This document shows positions 1-28,042 of a stretch of 64,000 nt of DNA, in pieces. Numbering within the stretch: the stretch's first letter is position 1; every line of letters begins with the position of its first letter. Source of the DNA: Salpingoeca rosetta (lineage: Eukaryota > Protista > Choanoflagellata); NCBI GenBank assembly GCA_033442325.1, contig JAWQFM010000018.1, positions 512,617 to 576,616 of the forward strand, in the 5' to 3' direction. Below the pieces are notes generated by a model that saw nothing but the letters and a program-made list of their open reading frames with translations, did not search any database and had not been told where the DNA came from. Position numbers and translations under genes: made by a program.

Positions 1-669
1 GAGGAAAGGCCAAGCAGGCCAAGAAGTTGATGATGAAGTTTGTTGTGTAAGTGCGATTGCATTTGTTTGTCATATGCTGAAGAAGACGCTTTGATGAATT
101 AGACCGTGTACATATATGTGCACCCCACGGAGTTTACGTTACACTTGACACAATTGACTTTTACAAGAGGATTAAATCGATCGCCCTTGCCGTAACAGTG
201 TGAGTGTGAAAGGTTGTTTGATTGCAACATGTGGCCAGTTGATCGGATGTCTGTTTACACGAGTTGGAATGTGAATCGAGAGCGATACACACGAAGATGC
301 TCAAGCACGTACAGAAACAGAGAGAGATAGAGTGAAAACGCACACAAACACACACAAAAACGAAGAAGCACAAACACACAAACACACACACAGCACACAA
401 CAGCCCCCGCGCGTCATGCGGCAGGCCCGAGGCAGGGGAGCATGGCGCGTGTGCGGTCGTGCACGGCCTTCTTGAGCAGCGGCAGCAGCGTCGTGCCGCC
501 AACAATGGCGAGATCCTGCAGCCCCGCATACAGGTCACCGTGCACCCGCGATTTCATCTGCAGTCGCGCGGCGTGAACGTGGTGGTGGTGGTGGTGGATG
601 AGGGAAAAGAACCAGTCGTAAATGATGAAACACCACGAACAAACACGTCACACGCACACCACACACACG

Positions 670-717
<48 letters not shown>

Positions 718-728
718 ACACACCCACA

Positions 729-770
<42 letters not shown>
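1..770. repeat. Second copy of ~7037-7789 (GPATCH4 3' end, Rrp41 last exon and part of its last intron)
   Basis: ~250-700 is near-identical to ~7285-7740; 1-250 carries many substitutions and small indels, like a low-quality read end. Confidence 0.9.
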
Positions 771-773
<3 letters not shown>

Positions 774-781
774 GGGCTTAC

Positions 782-1015
782 GCGGTCCTTGAGCTCATCG
801 TAGATGTCGGGGTGAGGTGCTTTCTTGATGAGCGAGTGGCACTTGTCCGTGAAGCGGGGGAGACCGGCAACCACGCTCCTCCCTTCTGTAGTCGCGCGCA
901 AGAAAAGAGGCAGGCNNNNNNNNNNNNNNNNNNNNNNNNNNNNNNNNNNNNNNNNNNNNNNNNNNNNNNNNNNNNNNNNNNNNNNNNNNNNNNNNNNNNN
1001 NNNNNNNNNNNNNNN

Positions 1016-1063
<48 letters not shown>

Positions 1064-1254
1064 CTTAAACAACAACAACAACAACTTAAACAACAACAAC
1101 TTAAACAACAACCAACAACAACAACTTAAACAACAACAACAACTTAAACAACAACAACTTAAACAACAACAGCAACACCCCCCCCCCCCCCACTACTCCA
1201 TCCCCCGTGACCGTCCGTACCGCGAGCGAGGGAGCGAAGGATGGCGGAAGACAT
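782..1254 (-). CDS. Phosphagen (arginine/creatine) kinase N-terminus with putative mitochondrial presequence; 3' part missing here
   Basis: Exon 1254-1221 (MSSAILRSLAR, phase-1 GT donor) joins in phase to exon 885-782 (EGRSVVAGLPRFTDKCHSLIKKAPHPDIYDELKDR). This resembles the ATP:guanido phosphotransferase N-domain pattern (SLLKKxLTxExxDxLKD). The intron spans an N-gap. Confidence 0.55.
1016..1175. repeat. Compound (AAC)n / TTAAAC(AAC)n microsatellite in the kinase first intron
   Basis: Directly visible. Confidence 0.9.
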
Positions 1255-1814
1255 GATGGTGGTGAGAGACGACAGCCAGTGGTCTGTTGGCAAGCGCGAG
1301 ACAAAAGAATAAGGAAATGCGACAAACCCAACACAACAACAACACTGCGCACAAAACAACAACACAACAACAACACCCCGCCACTGAACGCCAAAACAAC
1401 AACAACAAGCTGGAGGAACCATGGATGATTTGGCAACTATTCTTTATTGAAATTATTTATGATAATTCTCCCGGACACCCGCACAATTCCTGAAGATTTT
1501 TTTCCTTTCGCTCTTTCTTTTTGGGCTTTTGCCTTCGTTCCTCTTCCCCTTCCAACCTTCGCTTGCTTGCTCGCTTGCACAAACGCACCGCCGCCACAAC
1601 GACCGTTCCACCGCACCAAACACTCCACCCACAGTATCAGCACCGCTTGCAGCAGCAGCGCCAACCACAACCCAGCAGCCCAGCCAGCCAACGCCGCCAA
1701 GTGCAGTTGGCTGTCTGTTTGTGTGTGTGTGTGTGTGTGTGGTGTGTTGACTCTCTGTTCCACTCGTGTCCGTTTCGTTCGTCCATATCACACCACGGAC
1801 AGCACACCATCATC

Positions 1815-2911
1815 ATGTTTCGCCCAGACGCGCACTCGGGCCATTCCACCGACTCCGAAGGTGTGTTGTGCTGGGTAGTGTTGTGTTGTGCTGTGTGTTC
1901 TGGTTCATCATGTTGTGCGTGTGTGCATGTGTGCGTGTGTGGGCATGATTGGCAGAGCATCAACACCCTGATCAGCTGCACGCGCAGGCCATCCAGTCAG
2001 CCAGCCATCATGATGTGTGTAACTTCATTCACTTGGACTGCGCCTTGAGCACACATTCACACACACGCACACGCACACGCACACACATCTTTCCTTGCTG
2101 GTTGGTAGATCCGCATGCTGATGAGCAGCTGCAGGCCCATCCTCGCAAGCGGGCACGCAGGCAAGCAAAGAACACCAGCAGCGCCAAGAACGCTGACGGC
2201 CCGCAATCACTGCAGAACCTCGACACATACGTGTTCCGCGCTGACCCCAACCTCATCGACTACCGTGCCAAGTGAGCTCCTTTGTTGTTCACTGCATGGG
2301 CTTGTGCTCTCTTGCGCATGCACTGTTCTTGCTTTGTTTGTTTCATACGTGTGAAGCTGCTTTTGCGCCATGTGAGCTGCACACGCTGCTCACAAGGCAC
2401 ATTGTTCCATGATCTCCGTTCGTGCTGCTGTTGTTGCTGCTTCTTCCTGTTTTGTGTGCGTTTGTGGCTGTGCGATGCAGGGCATTCAAGCACCAGAAGC
2501 AAGACGGCATCAAGGCCATCATTGCCACCCTCAAAGGTACACCTGGACCCCTGGTCAACAACTGCAGCCGCGGCTGCTTCTGCTGGTGGCGGTGTCATGG
2601 CTGCAGCCGCTGGCTGGTTGCTCGTGTTGCGACAGCGACAGCGACACCAAAACCTCACCAAGCCTAATTTTCGCCATGATTCCAACAAATTTTCGATGGC
2701 TGGTCCTGCCTTGCTGTTGTGCCTTGACGCCTCCGCTCATCCAAATCCACACACGCGCACACATGCAGGAGAGAGCTCGGAGTACCATCAGGCGTTGAAG
2801 GAAGAGGAAAAGGAGTTCAAGAGGCTATCCGCAGTCCTTGATTCGACAGCGTTGCGCTTTGTGAGTGAGGGTGCTCGTTTTGTTTGGGTGGGTTGCCTGT
2901 TCGAGTGCATA

Positions 2912-2944
<33 letters not shown>

Positions 2945-3153
2945 GTGTATGTGTACGTGTATGTATCTTCACAGTCACAGTGTGTTCTGTGCAGTTGCTT
3001 CGCGCATGTGCTCACCCTTCGCATCATTGCCGCCCTCGCCACCGTTGTGCTCATGAACATCTTGCACTAGGCGGAGAACATCGAGGAAGAGTTTGAAGCG
3101 GAGGTGGCAAGAGCAAAGGCCGAGCGAGAGGTGCGGTTCCTCGCTGCGCTGTG

Positions 3154-3235
<82 letters not shown>

Positions 3236-4273
3236 GCGTTGTAGCTGCTGCTACTGTTGTTGCGTTGTAGCTACTTGACTGTACGATGCCATTCACTGAC
3301 ACCGTTGTACGCGACACACACACACACACCCGTACACACGTGCAGAAGGAGCTGGCGGCGTGTCGGCAGCAGTTGGAGGCGGACCTTCGCAATGCGCTTG
3401 ACGGCGTTGAGAGCGCGCTGGCCGATCTCCAAGACGACAACGCCATCACCGTCGTCACCCAAGAGCTCTCCGGCATCCAGCCAGGAAGTGAGTCCTGAGT
3501 ATGGGGTGTTGGTTGTGTGTATGTGTATGCAGAGGCGCTGTGTGTGCGTGCGCGCGTGCTTGTGTGCGTTGTTTGCGTGCGCTGGATCATTGAACTGCTT
3601 TGCGCGATGCGTCTGTGCACTGTTCTTCCCGCTCGATTGCTATTCATGTTTGGGGATACTGCCTCTCGCATTGCAGTCACCAAGCGCACGCTGAGGAGCA
3701 GGAACGGAAAGTGAGTCGCAGTGTACTGTGTTTGGCGCCTCTGTCTGTCTTGTCTGTGTGTGTGTGTTTTTCAGGACTTGTAATCATGGCTCACCCAACA
3801 GGCACAAACACACACGCGCGCGCATCTAGTCAACCTCACACACTCACTCACACGTGCCTGTGTGCGCTTCAACGCATGCTTGCTTGCTTTGCGCGTTTGA
3901 AAGGAAAACCAACAAGCCAAAGCCAACCAAGCGACGGGTGCGTCGTGAGTTCAAGTACCGGCAAGCGGACTATCTCCTGCTGCCCGCACACGACCTTCAA
4001 GATGACCTCACTCTCCTCGCGGTGCGTGTGCGTGTGTGTGTGTTGGGGGGGTTGTGCCTGCGTGTGTGGGTGTCTGTGTGTTTCACTGCTTTCTTGTACC
4101 TTGGGTCTTGGGTTTGAACCGCTGCTCTTTGCCACTTTGTTCTGCGCTTGTTGAGTGAACTGTTGCGCTCACGTGCTCTCTGCTGTTACGGCCATGCGCC
4201 CGTGCAGTCAAACATGGACAAGCCGTTCAAGATGAAGCCCATCAGCACAACCAAGACCAGGAAGAACAAGTGA
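1815..4273 (+). CDS. Sds3/BRMS1-like Sin3-HDAC subunit (~9 exons)
   Basis: Exons approx. 1815-1860, 2110-2271, 2481-2536, 2769-2860, 3071-3131, 3346-3487, 3677-3710, 3904-4021, 4208-4273. Coiled coil followed by TKRTLRSR and DYLLLPAHDLQDDLTLL, like Sds3 TRKLRRR and NYLLTDEQIMEDL. Confidence 0.6.
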
Positions 4274-4936
4274 CACCGCACGTCGGCGCTGTCCTGTTGA
4301 CCAACTACTCTGTGTGCGTGCGTGAGCTTGTGCGCGTGCACGTGAGTGTATGTGCGTGAGTGTATGTGCGTGCGTGTATGTGCGCATCTCTCTCTTCTCT
4401 CTCTTCTCTCTTCTCTCTTCTCTCTTCTCTCTTCTCTCTTCTCTCTTCTCTCTTCTCTCTTCTTGCTTGCTTGTTTGCTTTGTTTATCTAACCAATTGCC
4501 GCGTGAACGACTCGAAATTGACTGCTTGCTTTGTCTATTGTCGTCAAAACATGCATGCATATTCCCCACTACGCTTGTCGTTCCTTTGGGTTGTTGTTGT
4601 TGTTGTTGTTTAAGTTGTTGTTGTTGTTGTTGCTGTTGCTGTTCCTGACCTCTTCGCTGTTTCCACAACTCCTGTTTGTGTGTTTGTGTTGATTATCATC
4701 CAGTGCTTTTTTTTTTTTTTTGAGTTGTCTTTACTCGTCTCTGTGGCGTGTGTTGCGTGTCTTGGCGTCTGCGCCTGGAGCGTGTGAGGATGGTATGCAT
4801 CAGGATGGCGCCTGTTCTGTGTCCTTTGTGTGGCAGCGCACCACCCGCAGTTGTCGATTCTGTGCAATTTTCACTAAAGACGACAGCAAAGTTGACTTTT
4901 GAACAAAGGCAAAATTGACCTCACACGTGCACGGAT

Positions 4937-6224
4937 ATGGATGTGCGAGCGCTGCTTCGTGCTCAAGGCTGGCAAGAAGGTGTGTCTGCGTGTGTGTCTC
5001 TGTGTCTGTGTCTGTGTGTGTCTGTCTGTGTGTGTGAGTATGACTCGTACGTCGCTACGTACGCTGTGGATTCACACACGCACACACACACACATACACA
5101 TGTTGCCTTACACTGTGGCAGGCCAAGGACTTGGACGCACGTTCAAAGGCCGCGCCAATGCGATCAAGCCCAAACTCAAGTTTGACAAGGCTGGGCTGGG
5201 CGGCGATGACAAGGAAAAGTTTACGTTTGCATGGTGGGATCACGCCTTCAACCGCGCCGCAGAGAACATCCAGATCTCCAACGGCAGCAGTGCAGGCAAT
5301 GGCGACAGTGACGACGATGATGATGAGGTGAGTGTTGCAACACCAAGAGCGAACTCTTGTTTGAACGTGTGTGTGTGTGTGTATATGCGCGTGTGCATTG
5401 AGCTGACTTGCGCTGGCGATCTGACCGTTGTTTATTTGCGACTCCAGGTGAAAGTGGTGAGCAAGGAGGAACTGGGAGAGTTGTCAACATCAGAACCGCG
5501 CAAAGTGCTCAAGGCCAGGTTCTACGGCATGTTCGTCAAGGTGAGCAAACACAATTCTGTGTGTTCATTCGTGAAGAGTGTTTGTGTGTATATGTTTGTT
5601 AGTGTGTGTGTGTGTGTGTGGGTGTGTGGGTGTGTGGGTGTGTGGGTGTGTGTTCGTTGGCTGTGTTCGTGGATCGGAGTGTGGTTGCAGCAACACGCGT
5701 GTCTCACGCCGATGATTGCAAATGGTGCTGCTTGTGTGCCATGCTGTGAACTTTACAGGCCAAGTACAAAGACGATGACACCGAGATTGTCCAGGAAAAG
5801 AAGGACAGGGACTTTTCCATGGCGTGAGTAGTGGTGTGTGTGCATATGTGTGTACTCTTGTATGCATGTGTGTGCTCGTCACTGTGCGTGTACTCTGTAT
5901 GCATATGTGTGCGTGTGTGCTTGCGCGTGTCAGTGTGCGTGGGAAAGAATCCCTCACCATGCTTGGTGTTATGTGTGCGTGTGGTACTCAGGATCAGCGA
6001 TGAAGAGCTCTTCAAGGCGTGCGGCGGCCTCACCGGCCACAAGTGCGTGTCATTGTGTGTATGTGCGTGTGGCGAGGAGCGTGCGGTGTTTTGATGCGTG
6101 GCACTAATGATGCAGTCCAGCAGCATGGGAGCGGCGCGCATACGTGGCGACAAGAACGCAGATCCATTCACACACCTTCTCCCTTTGCTGTTTTGTTTCT
6201 CTGTCTCACTCACAACCACACGTG

Positions 6225-6288
<64 letters not shown>

Positions 6289-7070
6289 ACGCTGCCAGGG
6301 CTGCGCGTCACGGGCTGGGTCTTGGCGGGAAACTGAAGCGGCTGGAGGAGGCCGAGGCGAAGATGGCGAAGAGCCGGGGTGCCGGTGTGCAGGGGAACGG
6401 CGCAGGCAAGCACACAAGCAGCGGTAGCAGCAGTGGCAGCAGTAGTGGTGGCAGTGGGGATGAAGATGGGCATGCGAGCAAGCGAGCAAAGAAGGAGAAA
6501 AGGGAGAAGAAAGACAAGGACAAGAAGAGGAAGGACAAGAAGAAATTGAAGAAGGCGAAGAAGGAGGAGGAGAGGAAAGGAAGTGGTGATGACGACGATG
6601 GTGATGGCGACGGTGAAATGAAGAGCAAACGGGCAAAGAGGACCAAGCAACACGATGCTGGTGGAGAGGAAGCAGTAGCGAAGAAGAAGAAGAACAAGAA
6701 GAAGCAGAGTAAGGCGAAGGAAGAGAAGAAGAAGGACAAGAAGGAAGGGAGGAGTACACAAGACCAGAGCAAGCAGGATGCAGAGAAAGAGAAGCAACAG
6801 AAGCAACAGAAGAAGAAAAAGGAGAAGAAGCAGAAGCAGAACAAGAGCAAAGGTGCGGAGGCAGAAGAGGTGAAGGAGAACGGCTGCAAGACGGACAAGA
6901 ACACGAAGAAAGGAAAGAAGGACAAAGGCAAGAAGGATAAGCAGAAAGAGAAAGGACCAAAGGGTGAAGGGAAGACCAGTGGTAGCGCTGAGGGCAAGAC
7001 GACGAAAGACGCAAGCACAAAGGGTAAGAAGAAGAAGAGGAAAGACAAGGCAGACAAGAAAGCTGAGTGA
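4937..7070 (+). CDS. GPATCH4: G-patch domain protein 4-like with Lys-rich C-terminus
   Basis: Spliced MDVRALLRAQGWQEG|QGLGR G-patch, then KFDKAGLG, FAWWDHAFN, ISDEELFKACGGLTGHK|AARHGL and a KKE-rich tail. Confidence 0.85.
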
Positions 7071-7449
7071 TGAAAGATTGGTGGTGTGACGTGCGATTGC
7101 ATTTGTTGTCGTTATGCTGAGGATGACGCTTTGATGAACTAGGCCGTGTACATATGTGTGCGCCCCACGAGTTACGTTACACTTGACACATTGACTTTAC
7201 AAGCGGATTAAATCGATCGACCTTGCCGTAACAGTGTGTGTGTGAAGGTTGTTTGATTGCAACATGTGGCCAGTTGATCGGGTTGACTGTTTACACGAGT
7301 TGGAATGTGAATCGAGAGCGATGCACACGAAGATGCTCAAGCACGTACAGAAACAGAGAGAGATAGAGTGAAAACGCACACAAACACACACAAAAACGAA
7401 GAAGCACAAACACACAAACACACACACAGCACACAACAGCCCCCGCGCG

Positions 7450-10092
<2,643 letters not shown>

Positions 10093-10202
10093 GCTGCGTC
10101 TGCTGCTTGTCCTCCTCGCCACATGTGGTTGCTGAAATGTGTTGGAAGATACGGCTATTCTTCACGAATGGTGACCGTTTTGGCGGTGGCGACGGACGGA
10201 GG

Positions 10203-13449
<3,247 letters not shown>

Positions 13450-13835
13450 AACATGTCTTCTGTCTGTGCTTGTTGTGTTGTAGTGCGTGTGTATGTGTGT
13501 GCCTGTGTGCATATGCCTGTTGTGTTGTATTGTGCGTGTGTGTGTGTTGAGTCATGATGTATTCTGGGCTTATGGCTGCGTGCTGGCTACGCCTGTCCTC
13601 TCCTCTCCTCTGCTCTTGTTGACATCTTTGAACACTTGCTGGCGAAGTGTATTAAAAGCTGTATTCGACCACAAATGAAACACGAAAGCATCAACACCAC
13701 ACGCACAACAACAACAACAACAACAACAACAACAGCAACAACAACTACTACTACTACAACAACAACAACTACAACAACAGCAACACCAAAAGCATATGGT
13801 ACAAGAGGTTCCCTAGCCGCCCACCTCCCTGGGCA

Positions 13836-15302
13836 CTACTGCTTCGCATCGCTGTCCGTCGTGCTGGTGCTGGTGTTGGTGTCGGTGTCGGTGTTGAGCT
13901 GCCCGAGGGAGCGCAGCACATCCTCCTCAAACGACAGCACTGTCGCCTTGTACGTCACCGCCGCAACAACATCCGCCTTCGTGTCCAGCGGCGACTCTAC
14001 GCGCACGTGTGTGTGCGTGAGGGGGGAGGAGGATGAGTGGATGGCACATCGTGCGGGAGCAAGGGTAAGGAGGTAGCGTAATGTGAAGAATGGGTATCAA
14101 CGAGTATGTTCAACACACACACACACGCGAACATACACACTTCAACACACACGCTCGCACACGCTCACACACTTAAACACACACACAAGAACACACACTC
14201 GCACACGTGCGCGCATGCGCTCTCCTCACCGTTGTATTCTGAGCGGGTAGCAAAGTCTCGCCTCTTCCACACGGGCTTGGGAATCGCAGTGTTGGTCCGT
14301 GTTGATACGCGCGCCTGACAGCAACAAGAGAGAATGAGAGCACCGCGAGCAAGCAAGGCGTGTTGTGAGTTAGGTGGGGGGGGGGCATGCAGAAGACACG
14401 GCAGCGGGGGACAGTCTCGATTGGCAGTACGATGCACTGAAGCTGTACCCGCTTGCCATCGTCGCCGACTTGGTAATCCACGTCGCATGGTTTGCTGAGA
14501 GGGAGAATGGTTGGAGAAGGGATGAAAAAGCAGGTGAGCTCCACGAGTGCAACGCAAAGGGCACTCGATGCACGAGCATGCATACAACAAGTACACACAA
14601 CACGACTGCGACGCACTTGTCTGTGGGGTCGATGAGGGAGACGTTTGTGTATGGCATGGGCACGGCCATGGACGCAAAGCCGCCGTCTGGGTTTTCCTCC
14701 GATGGCGGGATGCGGCGCGTCCGCTGCAACACAAAGTGAAAGGGGAAGGAGAGAGGTGAGTCAGGGCTGTGGTGGAGGCAAAAAGGGCAAGCATCAGGGC
14801 ACGCATCAGGGCAAGCAACAAGGGCAAGCATCAGGGCACGCGTGCGTGCATGACACTTGTCAATCAACCCAATCACAGAGAGAGAGAGAGAGAGCACAAC
14901 GCACACACATAATGTACACACGCACACACACACACACAACGCACATAATGCACACACCATGTTCACGCCCTCCACGACAAGGAGGTTCTTCTTGCGAATG
15001 ACTTCCTTCACGCGGCCGCGCTTTCCAATGTCCTTCATCCCAGCAACAACCTCAACCTAGGTGCGTGACATGCGTGACATGCGTGAGTGGATGATGAACA
15101 TGGATGCGGCTCCGTGAGGCAATGTGAAGCTCAACAAACGCACAAGCAAAGTGAAAGTGAACCAACACAAATCCCTTGGCGCACTCACGAGGTCGCCGCT
15201 GACAATGTCCCAGTTCTCCAAAGGAACGATTGGGGGCTTGAACTTGCGCCGTGCAAGCGACGCAGACATCTTAGCCGCTCGCGTCCAAGGGTGGCTGGCC
15301 AT
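13836..15302 (-). CDS. MRPL24: Mitochondrial ribosomal protein uL24m
   Basis: KOW motif WDIVSGDL|VEVVAGMKDIGKRGRVKEV...VVEGVNM, then PMPYTNVSLIDP and RVSTRTNTAIPKP. The start could instead be the second Met (~15269). Confidence 0.88.
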
Positions 15303-15621
15303 GGTGCTGGTGGTGGTGTGCACGAGTGGTTGTTGTGAATCGCTGGTCGCGACAGGATGAAATGAACTTCACAGTCAGCAGCCCAACCTGAGAGAACTGG
15401 ACACTCCCACCTGAGTGTGATGTTGTGTTCCTGCTTTCCTGCATGCATCGGCGTGTCGTGACAGCGTGACAATTGCTGTGTCTGAGGATTGCAGTTGCCG
15501 CTGGACTTGCTGCCTGTCTCCTACACCTTGTGTTCATCCCCAAAACCCCCAACAAGAAGATTGAAGTCGGCATCTCGGACAAGAAGAAAAGACGCAACAC
15601 TGAAACCCTGAACCCTGAGGG

Positions 15622-15630
15622 AAAAAAAAA
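15622..15630 (-). terminator. Pol III oligo-T terminator of the tRNA gene
   Basis: T9 run on the minus strand ~38 nt after the tRNA discriminator base. Confidence 0.65.
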
Positions 15631-15667
15631 GTCAGGCGCGCTGTTTGGGAACGCTTTCATTCCATGA

Positions 15668-15741
15668 TAGCGACTGTTGGTTTCGATCCAACGACCTTGA
15701 GATTATGAGACTCATGCGCTCGCCGCCTGCGCCAAGTCGCT
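15668..15741 (-). tRNA. tRNA-Met(CAU) with initiator-type acceptor and T arms and an elongator-type anticodon arm
   Basis: Reverse complement folds as AGCGACT TG GCGC AGGCGGCGA GCGC A TGAGT CTCATAA TCTCA AGGTC GTTGG ATCGAAA CCAAC AGTCGCT A: perfect acceptor, D and T stems, CAT anticodon. Confidence 0.93.
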
Positions 15742-16123
15742 GACTCGCGTCTTGGCAGCACGCCTTGTTGTCTGCACTGCGCGGAACTTCCCTTTTGAAG
15801 CACTCATGGAACTGCAATGGCCGTAACACTTGTCTGTTTTGCTATGTTTCACAGTTATGCGATCGGGAAATCAGCATGCCCATCACTGCGACTGTGTCAC
15901 ATTTTCATGTCTCTCACATCAAAAACCCGTTTATTGCCAGCTTAGTGCCCTTCAAGCAGTTTCAATAAGATGTCAAGTCACATCAAGTCGCTTTGGTCAC
16001 ATGAACGAAATGAACACACAGCACGCGCAGCTACCTCACTCAACCACCCACCCACACACACACACACACACGCGCAGCTGCCTCATTCACACCCCCCCCC
16101 CACACACATACACACACATGACG

Positions 16124-24145
<8,022 letters not shown>

Positions 24146-24323
24146 TGCTTGTTGCCCACGTGGAAGGAGGGAGTAAGGAAGGAAGGATGTCGAGACGTGT
24201 GTGCTGTGTATGGTGGTCTGGGATAAATGTGTGTCTGTGTGTAACACACACACACAACAACGACAACAGGACACCCCAGCTTTTGCGTTGCTTTGTTGCT
24301 GTCCTTCCTTTCTTCAGTTGTGG

Positions 24324-24337
24324 GACTGAATTCAGTC
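24324..24337. promoter_or_regulatory. Palindrome GACTGAATTCAGTC ~180 bp upstream of the HEAT gene
   Basis: Perfect 14-bp palindrome; the same core recurs at 27999, 28021 and 30541. Confidence 0.5.
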
Positions 24338-24674
24338 ATCAGGCAAATGTGTGAACTAGGGGTGCGTGTTTGCTCGCTCGCTGCACTCCACCCCACTACC
24401 TCCCCCTCTGCTATCAAGCAGTGTCTGTTCACTTGAGATCAACGGCATCTCTATTCACCGAGTGGTGTGCAAAAGATAACAAAGAGAAAGAAAAAAGGGC
24501 CAAGAACAAAGAACGACCTGAAGAAGAACAGAACCAGCGAGTGAACACAACCCCTAATTCAGCAGAACAAAAGCAAGAAACAGGTGAACAGATCAATCAG
24601 GTGAACAGATCAATCAAGCAAAGGAAAGTATTCCCTCGTCACAACACGCCCACCCTCCATGTTGCATACAACCA

Positions 24675-24763
<89 letters not shown>

Positions 24764-24831
24764 CAACACGACATGTGTGCTGCCTCGAAATCACACCCCA
24801 CGCACCAAACTTACACACTGCACCGCACACA

Positions 24832-27813
<2,982 letters not shown>

Positions 27814-27997
27814 CTGCGTGGATGTGTTTGTGTGTGTGTGTATGTGTGTTTGATCTTCTTGTCTTCTTGTCTTCTTGTGCTCTTGTCTTCTTGTCCGTGT
27901 GTGTGTGTGTGTGTCGATGTGAGACAAGCAACGCTGATGACACACGGCCGCCCACCAGCCAGCAGTGCTTGTCGTATTGGCGTGTGTTGCCACAGGC

Positions 27998-28033
27998 GAC
28001 TGAATTCAGTATTTCAAACCACTGAATTCAGTC
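27998..28033. promoter_or_regulatory. Two ACTGAATTCAGT palindromes 22 bp apart in the DHHC/ALKBH7 bidirectional promoter
   Basis: Copies at 27999-28010 and 28021-28032; the second ends 10 bp before ATG 28043. Confidence 0.5.
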
Positions 28034-28042
28034 AAGGTAGAG

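Noticed and set aside
414-557. Second Rrp41 paralogue or pseudogene
   Set aside because: Only the last exon is present and it is identical to 7450-7593; treated as part of the duplication/chimera junction.
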